From the NCBI GenBank assembly GCA_907165135.1, contig OU015569.1:6882001-6946000 (forward strand): a stretch of DNA of 64,000 nucleotides. Reading direction: 5' to 3'. The notes under the pieces were generated by a model. It did no database searches. It saw nothing but the letters and a program-made list of their open reading frames with translations, and had not been told where the DNA came from. Numbering within the stretch: position 1 is the stretch's first letter; each line of letters opens with the position of its first letter. The position numbers and the translations under genes were made by a program. Positions 35,301 through 46,752 of the stretch are shown piece after piece. This DNA comes from Oikopleura dioica. Taxonomy: Eukaryota; Animalia; Chordata.

Positions 35301-38300
35301 CATCTAAAAAAATGATCAATATCTTAGTTTCTCAAACGCCACTTACCATTTGTTCCTTTATCTTCTGAACTTTGAGATTCGCCAAATAATCGGCAGTAAT
35401 CGTTGAGTTCGCCGCCGAAGGATTCGACATTTGGTGTAGTCGATGAATCATTTGAAGAGTTTGCTCCTTAGTTTGATTTTAATAAAGTGTTTTTATTTGT
35501 GAGACTCTAACTTTAGCAAATTGTAGTGACTTACATGGGTCATCTGGTTTATTTGATTCATGAGTGTCGACGCCTGTCCGATATTGTTGCCTTTCGGGCG
35601 ATGTCGGTTGCCAGTGTTCACCGATCTCATTAGATTTTCCAAGGCGGTTCTATTGACGCCTGCAATGTCGCCATTCATCAAATTATTCTTCCTTTCCTTT
35701 TCTTGCTGGCGGTATTTGGCCTGGCGGATTTTCTCGGCCTCTATTTGTTGTTGCCGCAGCTCCTTTTGGTCCTAATTAATAGTTTATCGCCTAATCCTAA
35801 AATGCACCGCGCTCAACCTTTTCCATCTGCAACTCAATGACGGTCAGCTCTTCTTCTTTCTTTTCCCAGAAGTCTGAGAAATTGTTGAATTTCTTTATTT
35901 GAGACTAAATTTCGTTAATAACTATTTACAATGGACGACACTTACAATCGTCTGCCGTTCGAATTCCTCGGTATTAATACACTTAGTGCATAATAAACGA
36001 CCTTTTTGGTCATATTTCCAGCTTGGCGAGAAATCACGCGTGCATTTGGAACACTCCATTCTTTTCGCCTCCACTTTCTTCGACTTTTATCAGGGCTCCT
36101 TAGCTACTCGGAAATTAAGGGGACGTTAGGCTTCCCCGCTTTTGTGATTATTTAGTATTCATTGAGTAAATGGGAAGCGCGTTACGCATCGTAAAATATC
36201 GGAGCATAACAGTTTATACGCGAGTGTTCCCATTAGTTGCTCCGATCGGTAAATAGCCAGCCCGCGCCTGTTCCTCGCGTTTGAGACGTCCGACGCACTT
36301 CTCCAGACCAAGCAACGCCAAGAACTCGGCGTTTGCGACCGTTGGGAAGAAGTTAACATCGTGATGTGCGCAGGGCGGCATCGTCGTGATCGAGTTCAAC
36401 GTCTGGTTGAGCTCGTTCTTCAGTTCCTCGCGCTTCGACTTGCTGCGCTCGAAGGACTGAGTCACTTGTTCGAGCTTGCTTCCCGACTGTGTCGAGTGCG
36501 AGCTGCTCGAGTGCGTATTATTCGACTCGCTGGATGATTTGCCCTTGCCAGCTCCCGCCACCGCGCTACCCATTTCACCCATCGCCGCCGTAATTTTCGA
36601 GGTTAAAATGTTGCTGTTGCTGGCGGCTTGGGCACCGGCGCCGTGCCCGTTGCTCAACCCGTTGTTCACAGTGGAGTTGCTATTCACTGAAACAGGCAAC
36701 TTGAGCGGCTGCTTGGCAGAAGCCGGCGAAGCTCGCGCATTTTTCTGCTCTGGGATGGCGATCGACGCCTTGATCCTAAAGCGAGCAGCTCAGTCGGGGC
36801 TATTGTTTTAATAATTCACTTACCGCTTGATTAACAGTAGCTTTGCCTCTTCCTGGCGAAGCAATTCTTTTAGTTTTCGAATGTCTTCTGCTGTGATTGG
36901 TAGCTCATTGTTCTCTGGCTGTCCATTCTCTTGAGCAAGCTTGGCTTTTTTCTCCGGCTCAACCTCTGGAGTGACTTCCGTCTTCCTCTTCAGGTCGAGC
37001 GGCGAGCTGACCTGGTCGACTTCCATTTTTTCTCTGGTACTGAGGAGCTGTGGCGGCTGCTTGTGGCACAAAACTTTGAGACTGCGGCGCGAGGGAGGCT
37101 CGGACCGGGGGGTCGCCCCACCGTAATCGACAGAAGACCAATACGGGGGTCGCGCTGAGCTACGCAATATCCAAGCGCAAACCCAAGGCAAACAGCGAGA
37201 GAGCGCGCGATATACACGGGGGACGCTATAGATAGAGCGAGGTCCGATTGGGGGGTCCGCGCTCTCACAACTCAACTCTCAACATCAACTCGTGAACAAG
37301 GGGGTCACCAACCGCCCACGCCGCTGAATCCATTTTCGCGCACTTTCCGCAATCCCCCGATCGGATGTTTTATGATGATCTCAAGACCCCCCGACCTGAC
37401 GCCTCGCTTCCTCGATCTCCTTCCCTCTCTATCTTCTCCCCGACTTCCTATTCACTCGCTTATTTATATACCACCTAATTATGCATAATCTAGATATCCT
37501 AGTATGCAGCATTATTTCCAGATGCTGTTTTGAGTGTTCAGCCAACCGTAGCGCGAGACGTCTCCTCGTCCCTTCCCCTGTCTTGCTCCCGTGTTCTCCT
37601 TTGTCCACAGTAACGCAGGGGGCTTAGTTATCCACCTTCATCGACATTGGATAGAGCTAGCACGTTGTTAGCCGGAGTTGAGCTGGGTAGGTTCTACTCA
37701 ACGCGGGTGGAGCGATTTTTAAGTGACCCCCTGCTCGCCATTTCTGATCAGAATGGCGGCCCCCGTGTGACCCCCTGACAGACAATTCAATTAGCCGGAG
37801 GGCGCTCGGGATTTGATGCTACAGTTGCCAAACTGGTTCCGGCCCGATTTTCACTAACAACAAGAAGCACGAGCACCAAGCCTAATTAACGGTCCTTTAC
37901 AGTGGCTGCGTATTTTAATCGATAATTTTCTGCCCCGCGAAAATTATTAATCGATTGAGGGATAGTCACTGTGTGTCCCACTTTTGTCTTGCTGCTATTT
38001 TATAAATCAGATAAATCAAATTCAAGGCATTATTTATCACTGCCTGACGTTGTATCACAACATTACGTGATTAGGGTTGGGACTTGTTTCTAAAGTGAGC
38101 CGAGTAATTTTTTGTTCTCCGATCAGTGCTCTACCTGACATTGACAAACTTGCCTAAAACATCGTAAACTTTTATATCATGCCTAGCGAAATTCTTTGCG
38201 TTTACGACTTTTAGAAGATTTTTGATGGCTACTAGCCGTGATTAATGATTTATGTTCTATTTCATTATGTACCGCTAATTTAGCAGCAGCCTACTTTCGA

Positions 38301-39590
38301 GTGAGAGATCGATTATTCGAGCACTTAAATTTTGATCTTGCCAGTAGTCACCGTCGCCCCATTCTTTATTTGTAAATGTAAATGATTACCTCCGCCAGAA
38401 CAATTGTCCTCGACAGAAACTCGATTAAATACGATGAGTAGTTTTTGGCCAAAAATAACGCTCTTTGTGAAATTTTAATCAGCAGGGCCAATTTTCCCGA
38501 AGTTTTCGAGATAAACCATCAATTAAAGCGAACAGCATGCTCCTAATCTTGTGCTTTGTACAAAGACTGATATTGTCTTCGCTCCTATCGAACAAGTTCC
38601 GTTTGTTGACGTTTTCGTTGTTCTCATTTGACGTATTCCTAGATTTTAAAGTAATATTTCAGGGTCACTGTCCCGAAGAACTTGTCGAAGGGTGCCTGAG
38701 CGGTCGTCGAATGCTAGAGCTTTTTATTCTTACTGGCCCAGTTTTGGCTGTCTGGAACAATGTTACAGACATTCTCCATCAAGTGGATAAGAGCAGCCGC
38801 ATCCAAGTCGTCCGTCTTCGTACTAGCGACCGAGTGCGCGTTGTCGGTATGCTGCGTACTTGTTTTGATTGCTTTAATCACTCTGTCTAGGAATCCTCAT
38901 CCCATCCAACTGCGCACAGACACTCGTCAAGACACTCGAAAAGATCCAGGAGAAAAACAAGCCCAAGATTAAGTCGAAAGTTGGGCGAAAGAAGAAAGTA
39001 CCAGTGGAGATCGCAGCACCAGGTAAAGCTTTAACCCTCGCGACGGAGTAATTATTGAATAACTTTTTCCTCAAGTGTTTATTTTCTCAATAACAAAATT
39101 ACACGAATGCGCCTGACACTGATCAAGTATCCACCCTTTATGAAATATGTTCAGTCAGCTGTCCAAACTATCCTTAACTTCGGATTAATAAGAACACTAT
39201 TGATTCTCTTATTTTTTAGGAATATTTACTATTTCCTATTGATTACTCTCATTAAAGCTAATAATCGCAAATAAAAATATCAAAGTCGAATTCAAAACTC
39301 TCTTTTTAGCTCCAACTCAAACTCAGGCTATGAACAGAGACCGCGAGCTGGAACTCATGGCCTCACAGGTTATCAACGAAGCAAGCGGTGCTGCGATTTC
39401 ACCACACGTCGGAAGTGTTGGCAATTCATCGTCGGGATTCGATGAGCCGCGAGATGAAGAGATCTCGGAAGAACAGCGACAGAAAGAGTTCGCTATGATG
39501 GACGAAGAGGCCCGCGACGCGGAATTCGAGCGCCTTGCTGCCCAAATGATTATGGAAAACGAAATGGAAGAAGAAGACGACTTCTTCTAA
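29353..39590 (+). CDS. SBNO1: Strawberry notch homolog (SF2 helicase-like)
   Basis: Motifs [84 protein letters not shown] and FLNRLLG. C-terminal exons lie at 38663-39590 (LTGPVLAVW...IQVVRLRT...VVGILIP). The start codon is uncertain. Confidence 0.95.
34790..37026 (-). CDS. GATAD2: NuRD subunit p66 (GATAD2A/B, simjang) nested in an SBNO intron
   Basis: N-terminal PLDLK (CtBP-type motif), CR1 coiled coil [22 protein letters not shown]2 [15 protein letters not shown]-like finger [13 protein letters not shown]...LCTKC, and a Q-rich C-terminus. Confidence 0.9.
37107..37775. promoter_or_regulatory. Cluster of GGGGG(G)TC / GACCCCC motifs around the p66 5' end
   Basis: Copies at 37107, 37145, 37250, 37300 (G-rich orientation) and 37385, 37723, 37767 (C-rich orientation), plus a variant GGGGGACGC at 37218. 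Confidence 0.5.
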
Positions 39591-40186
39591 GAACGTCAAA
39601 GAATGAAAGAAAAAATTGAAAAATCATTTAACAGTAGGCTGCCAAACATTTATCTGAGACTGCATTTATGCCACCTTGTGGCTCAGCCATTTACAAGAGA
39701 GATCGAATTGTTTGAAACCAGAGTGGGCATGAAGCTCCGGCACGGCGTCTCGTTCTGTAAATATGAATGACAGCTGAACCTCAATTACAGTCAACAGTCT
39801 TGGAAAAAGTTAGTTATTTCGACCTAGACGTAATCTACATTTCGTCTATGTGCCAGGTTGGAATGATGAATGACGCCGTGCCCGGTTCTACTGTCAAGAG
39901 CGGTCACAAGAAAATACATTTACGATCCCAATTTAACTAAATGTACAAGTCCCATGCTGATTCTTGTACATTTATTTGTATTGTTCATGTTAACCTTTGA
40001 AATCAAGGAAGAGCGCGAAAATTGTACCGTTGTGTTAGTATATTTATATACATAAAATATCAAGATAATTGAAGATATTTCTTAATCGCAGGCAGTTGAA
40101 ATATTTTCTCACTATCCTGAGTGTAAATGAATTAGTTGCTTGAGCGAAACTATAAATATCGCAGAAATATGCAGGTTATAAGTGCA

Positions 40187-40949
40187 CTAGGCTTGCACTT
40201 TTGAGATAAACTCGTTGTTGTATTCTTTGGTGCACTCTTCGGTAACGCTCACTTTTGTACAGTAGAAGTCGAACAGCTGCTTGTCGAGTTTTTCAATTTT
40301 ATTCAGCTATAATTAATACTGTGAGACACCGTATTTAACTACATTCGGACACTTACCAAATTCTCACGCTTTTTTATACATTTGTTCGACGAGTCTTCTG
40401 GGATTTGTTTACCGAGTCGCACGTAGCTTCGCACAATTTGAATCCGTCCTGAATTCAAGTTTTATTGCACAATGGATATAATATCTTCGCAACCTTTTCG
40501 AAACTTGTTTTTCACAAAACGTCCGATTTCAGAAGAGCGCGAGAATCCATCGTCATAGCAGTCGTGTATGGCTGCTTTATCAGCTATATTCGTGAGTTTT
40601 GCAAGTCGAACCTATAAAATTTGCCTATTATAAAATTTCGTCTCTATATCATCAACAAAATATGTACTTATTGCTTCTAAGTCATCACCTTGAACCGGCG
40701 AACCATATTTCTTCGTTTATTGTAAGGGCTAAGAACCTCATCATGAATTGTTGCATTCAAGTATAAATCAACGAATTCTGCAGTAACTCTCGTCAAATGG
40801 TTGATTTTTTGCTCTTGTACAGTGAGTTCATCATTTCTAAGATAATCATTTGAAGATGAACAATTTACAATTATTTCGGCAAAAATAGCAGGACATATTT
40901 GTACTTACTTAGCGAAGGCAACGCCTACAAAAAACCATAGTAGTTTCAT
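40187..40949 (-). CDS. Small secreted orphan protein of about 170 aa, five exons
   Basis: Signal-peptide exon MKLLWFFVGVAFA|gtaagt, then exons KNDELTVQEQKINHLTRVTAEFVDLYL...RRFK, VRLAKLTNIADKAAIHDCYDDG..., and a last exon ending ...FDFYCTKVSVTEECTKEYNNEFISKVQA*. Missed by the ORF track. Confidence 0.65.
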
Positions 40950-41942
40950 TGTAATCTCTGAGTTTTACTATGACCGTAAAGTGTGTTTTCACGAGTGAAA
41001 TCAACTCGTCAGCGCCATCTAAGCAATATTTCCTGATGCATATCGCTGCTTTCTAAAGAGATTAATTATGTTTCGGTAAAAATAAATTTGCACTTTATCT
41101 AGGTCCGTGTACTTTATCTAGCCGTGGGGGAACATCAAAAACGTTGTTTTTAAAATTTTTGCGGCTCTCGATTTTACTGACGATGAAGATGAAAGAAATG
41201 ACGGAAAATAGTTGATAATTAAATAAATCCTTTATTGCCATGGATACTACTCTAAATAAGACCACGTTCTAAGTAGTTCCAAAAGCCTATAGTCTTACTT
41301 TCTCTTCATAAAACTCAAATTTTATAATGGTTTATCAATTATAGTTTTCCGCATTTTGAATTTTCCCTAAGTAATGACCAAAATCAGAATTTTGTACATC
41401 TTGTTAGTTTTTATCCATTTCTTTCATGAAGTTTTTGTCAAAACTCGAAAATTTTTGTGGATGAATTTCAAATGTGTCAGAATAAACGGAAGGGAAAGTA
41501 CAATTATGGACTGGAGTATTATGTGATCAGCTTCTTTTGTATTTATTCTCTGCTGACAGTTTTTTGATCGCGTAAATAGAGCGCTGCTCAATTTTTACAA
41601 AAGAGATTTTTCTTCGGCGAGTTCCTCTTCAGCCAAACGATAGAAAAAAGATTTTCGAGAATAAAAATTTGTTATTGCTTTGGGACCAGCGAGGGTGTTC
41701 AGTTAAGGAGTCGACAATTTGCCAAAATTTATTTTGGAATTGACAAAACCTATTTTCGTAAAGGGACCTTAAACTTAGCTATTTTATCAGAATCAAATTA
41801 GAGTTGAGAGCTCACAGTTAAACTAAAGTAGAAGAATAGCGTTTTATATTTTTGCTATTTATAAAAGCAGTATTTAATCCCAAGAAGAGAGTCTGCTCGG
41901 ACACTCTCGAATGGAGCGACTCCGGTTCAAAGATGGGGTAAT

Positions 41943-44739
41943 ATGCCGGACACGACTTGTTGGTTCGATGGATCCACCGCTCAGCGGAAGCTAGCAAGAA
42001 TAAAAGGAGAAGAGCAGTTGAAAGCTCTCGTCACGGCTCCTGTCAATTTATCAGTTCTAAAGGTAAATTGTTGTCTGTATTAAACATGTAGCTTCTAACA
42101 ATTTCTAGTTTAGCAATCCCAGTAAGATAGACCAACGGGAAAAAGTGTTCAAAGGCCTCGCTCCATCATACTTATTCTCTGCGGACCATGTTCTCGCAAA
42201 TAAAAAGCAGTTCCGTGCCAAGAAGTGTCCACCGATGTGTCCTCAGCGTCCACTTGGAGGGTTTATGATTGAAGAAAATAGGAGTAGAAAGAAATCTAAA
42301 GAAGAACTTCCTCCTCTTAGATTATCACAGGAATAGATAGCACACCCTTGAACGTTGATGTAACTTTAAAAAAGCATTGATATCTTCACAAAGCACAGAA
42401 AAAGCATTTTCGTACCACCAAGACCGAGAAAAAGAGAACGAGATTGGACAAAGACGACGATTGCCCGCCTGTCAAAGAGATGCTCTTGGTGGATCGCAAA
42501 AGTTATGCACGATGATCCAAATTCCGCACGAGAACAGGTCATTGGGAACATCTTACGATTCCACGGAGAATGCAGTGACGCGGGAAGTGAGCCCGAGTTG
42601 CTTCCTGCAATTGCTACTGAAGCTGACCGTGAGAGTTTTTACAATCGATGCGCTACACATGGAATTATGATGCGAAAAATTCCACATATGCCGGTTCCGA
42701 ACGATGAACGCATGACTCTCAAGGTTATAAAAATAATGTTGAAGAATAGCTGCTGAAGATATTTAGGAGTTAGCGATGGCAAATCAAAGAGATATGTTTG
42801 GAAATCAGCGAACGATGATGGAGTGGGAGTTTCAACTTATCAGTAAAGTATAATTATTGAGTATTTCTTGCGCTTATTACAACTAGAAAAATAAAAAAAC
42901 GCTGCCTGTCATGGAGAATATCAATCGAGACGAAACGATGCCAAAGAACCGACCACGTTCGGCAGCATTTGATCTCAGAGTTACTTCAAACGAGTCTATT
43001 CATGCCGCCATCACGGACACCGAAGAATTCGAAAACGACGAACACGAGGAGCCAATTTATATCGCTGTCAAAGGTGAGGTCAGTCCTGCAGCCATTGCCA
43101 AGTGCTGATTTTGGTTAAGTTTGGCAAGCTGCTTGGGGAAACAGTGCGAATTGGATCGACCTGTCTCTTCATGAGCTGCGTCTAATTCTTGAGCGTAAGG
43201 AGACGCTTCTCAAAGAAAATTGTATGAGCGCTCTTGCTGCGTCAATTATGTATGGCCGTAAAACAAAACACCTCAGTGCGGACGAAAAGTTCAAGCTTGA
43301 CGAAGAACTCTCGACAGTTTCGCTCGAGCAGCTAGACTCAAGCAACGTCCGCGTCAAATTGGCAGCGTGCGCAATCATACTCATTACTCCCATTGCTGGA
43401 CACGAAGAAAGACTTGTGAAGGTCTTGTTTCGAGTTCTCTTTCCCAAATTAAACAAAATTAAAGGCACTGAATGAAATTGTGAATGTGGAGACAGAAATA
43501 TCAGATGTTTTGTTCGCCTGCTGCATGCTCGCACACATAAACGGGCAAAACATTCACGATAATGTTTCTTTTATTCTTTTCCAAGATTATGTGACCTACA
43601 GGAGAAGTCAACAATGTCCATAAATTTCCTTGGCTTTTTTTTTTATCATTTGTTGACTTCGAAATCGAGAAAGCCTTATATTCTTAGCTTGTTGAAGAAA
43701 ATCTCGAAGGGAAACTCCAAAACTCACAAAATTCTCGCTGAGTTCTTAAACTCTGGGATTCCAGAGGAACGAGCAATCGCTTGTTATGTGCTCAGCGAAA
43801 TAGACACGAAAATGATGTCCGACGCTATTGAAGATAAATTGGTTGAGATGCAGTGGTATGATCAGGTAAATTGAATGGCACAGAATATCTGTTCATCGCA
43901 TCTCAGGTCAAATCTGTCCAGCGATCTGCGCTACTTTGCCTACACAAGACCGGTCGGGAGTCAAGGGTTTTCGAATTCGTTCTCAATCTGCTAGCTGACT
44001 CGCTTGAATCAGTAACCAAACATGATGTCACTCTTACTGCGCTGGAATGGATCGTTAACAATGGAACTGTATCTGACAAGCTCATCCGCACTCTGCTGCT
44101 CTGCTTCAACAGCAAACTTGGTACGATTCGATCTGCGACTTGTTTTACGGTCGGAGAACTGAGAATCAAGCACCAGGACATTGTTGAAAATTTGATAACG
44201 ATTCTCTCTTACGAAACTTTGCCTCAAATAAAAAAAGACGCAATCGATGCTCTAGCAAAGATCGGTTGGTGAATTCTTGTAGCTGTTTTTACAGACGCAT
44301 ATTTAGAGCCAGGCAAAGGAAGACAAAAGGATGAAATAACTGCTGCTCTGGCGCATGCAGTCCGTTTCGAAGAACATCCACGAGTTCGCCGAGCTGCTGC
44401 ATATGCAATCTATATCCTAGATGTCTTTCAAAACGAAACGTTAGCAGAAGTCATTAGAGAAAGAATCGTAGTTGAGCCAGAAGAAAGCGTCCAAGAAGTA
44501 CTTCGTCTTATCCTAGGTAACTTTTTAGATGACCAGATCGAAAATTAAACACTCGTTTCCTAGACAAATTGAACTTGACCGTGAAGCAAGTCCTAAACGA
44601 AGATGAAATGCTCGTCCAAATGAAGATCGACATCAAAGCACTCTGCCGACCAGAGAAAATTATCCCCTCAATTTTGGCAAGGAAAAAACGGTCAAATTAT
44701 GAACTTCCACCTTCTCCTTTTGTAAACCTCGGAAAATAA
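41943..44739 (+). CDS. HEAT-repeat protein, HEATR4-like
   Basis: HEAT-like units VRVKLAACAII, ERAIACYVL, VQRSALLCL, IRSATCFTVGEL, IKKDAIDALAKIG, VRRAAAYAIYIL. The C-terminal EMLVQMKIDIKALCRPEKII resembles HEATR4. Confidence 0.65.
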
Positions 44740-44783
44740 ATATTTTAATAAAAAAATGAAAAAAGTGCCTCGTTACCGGTCAG

Positions 44784-44848
44784 TTTTCGCGCGCAACCGT
44801 CATTGGGTCATTATCGCAGAAAATCTTGCGCGGAAATCTGGTTTCAAA
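44784..44848. promoter_or_regulatory. E2F-like sites plus CHR-like element upstream of the basic orphan gene
   Basis: TTTTCGCGC at 44784-44792 (E2F consensus TTTSSCGC), near-consensus GCGCGGAAA at 44828-44836, and TTCAAA (reverse-strand TTTGAA, CHR) at 44843-44848. All lie within 110 nt of the ATG at 44895. Confidence 0.4.
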
Positions 44849-44894
44849 TTTCGATTTTCATAACTGAAAAGTAAAAATCGAGAAATCAGCAAAA

Positions 44895-46011
44895 ATGGTA
44901 CTCACTGTTAGAGACCGAAACTTACGAAAAACTCTTACTACTCAAAGGTACGATCAGTCGTTTGTCATATTTCATTCTGTTTTCATTTAAAAATATTAGT
45001 ACTGCATGTGTTATCACGACAAAAACCGTGAATTCATGCTCCGTCTCAAAAACTCCAGAGTTTTTGAGGAAGAAAGCAACAACAACGAAGAAAACACTGG
45101 CAAATCAGCGTCAAAGTGGCAAGTCAGATCTCAAGAAAGCGCTTTTTACTGACCCGATCAAAATTTCAGACTTCAAAAAATCCAATGGTAACAGAAAACA
45201 AAAGATTCTTTCGAAAAATTTATAATTTCAGAGAGCCGCAGACTTAAAAAATCAGCTTGTCAACCTGATTTGTACCCATCTGATCCTTCTAAACTCGACA
45301 AGAAAATCAAGTCTGATAAGAACTATCAAAAGTTCTTGAAAAATGTCCCATCGTGCTCGACTCCTATGCGTAAAACAACGCGGAGAAAATCAGATACTGA
45401 TGCGCTGCCCCCGAAACCAATCTCGAGGAGAAAGGGAACTAAGAGATGCTTTGAAGAAGCGGATGAGCCTGACCAGCGAAAGCCCAAATTAACTCAAGTC
45501 GAAATCGAAAATGTAACTTTTTGATAAACAAAATTAGGTAGTGAGAATTCCTTTCAGCGTCAGCAAACTATTTTTTCCGAGCGAATCTACAATGTTCTTA
45601 TTGATCGATACATGGACGAGATCTGCGAAGTCCTCGATGATTTCGAGAATGAGGACCTGCGCAGTAAATCTCGCGCTATTGCGAGAGCTATAGTGAACAA
45701 TGCAAAGACGTCTGCTGCTTCTGCTACAGTGACTTTTAACCGAATCTACCAAAATCTCAAACGAAAATCAAACAAGTTTCTGTTCACGGCATTAATCGAG
45801 AACCAAATCAAGGTAATAAGCCTCGTCCTCAATGAAAAACAAAAGTTTTCAGACTCGCTTGCTACCTGCAATGACTGCTGTCGAACTAGACCCTAAAGGA
45901 GCTGCAAGCAAGGCCCAATCTTCCCGAAAATATCATTTGACTTCTCCGCGAAAACATTGCCCGACTGGAAAATTCATCAGCGGGCAGCTGGTCTATCTTG
46001 ATGAGTTGTAA
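44895..46011 (+). CDS. Lys/Arg-rich, largely disordered protein with a C-terminal helical domain (unknown)
   Basis: Five-exon model from MVLTVRDRNLRK to ...GQLVYLDEL*. Contains TP/SP sites and the helical segment RIYNVLIDRYMDEICEVLDDF. Confidence 0.6.
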
Positions 46012-46752
46012 ATCTCTCTCCTCTTTCAGTGTATATACGGTATGTTTGGTACCCATGAAAGTTTGTGTGATAGTTTTCAAAATGTAATTATCCTCATTTT
46101 TGCAAATATGTACTTTTCTTTCATCTGTAATAATATCATCTTCACCCGATGCCTTAGACACTAAATGCCTGAAATTCAACCGTCGACTATTAAATTTTGG
46201 CGTCTAAGGCAGTACCCCTTCCCGTTACTCCATTCTGTAAATTTTTCATATCAATGCACAATTGTAATATTTGAACAAATGAATAATTGTATATCTGTAT
46301 ATTTGACCAACTTCTGCGACTAGTTCAAATCCAAACCGTTCAATAAATGCAACAACAAAAGTAATCTTGCGAGTTTTAATGTTTTTGGGTTTTTATTTTC
46401 ATTGAAGATAAATATATTTAATAGCGGACCTGTATACGGTATACAAAACACCCTGTCACACAGTGACTAGAATAGTGTCACTGAGAAGCCAACCAGTAGA
46501 ACTAGAAGAGCGTTTTCATAGGGTCGACACTTGTTTGTTGAACAAAAGGGTTGTTGATTGGCTGTAGATAGGGGCAGTCCACTTTAAACGGAAAAGCATA
46601 CAGGCAGGTGCAGAGTTAAAATAATATGTACATGATATAATATGCGTTAGAAGTATTCGCATTAGGAAGTAGTGTGAGTGAGGATGAACGCGTACCCGGA
46701 GGATGTACAGTTGGGAGCTGAGTTACAGTTAATTCGTGCTTTTTTGGTAACG

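Noticed and set aside
37027-37275. Upstream extension of the p66 ORF and overlapping short ORFs
   Set aside because: GC-rich 5' UTR/promoter sequence keeps frames open. MEVDQ at 37026 is the first ATG with p66-like sequence.
45886-46179. Minus-strand 97 aa ORF
   Set aside because: It overlaps the probable last exon and 3' UTR of the + strand gene ending at 46011. It has no ATG start and no recognisable motif.
46455-46483. Overlapping short inverted repeats GTCAC/GTGAC in the Onecut 3' region
   Set aside because: Stems of 5-7 bp are within chance expectation.
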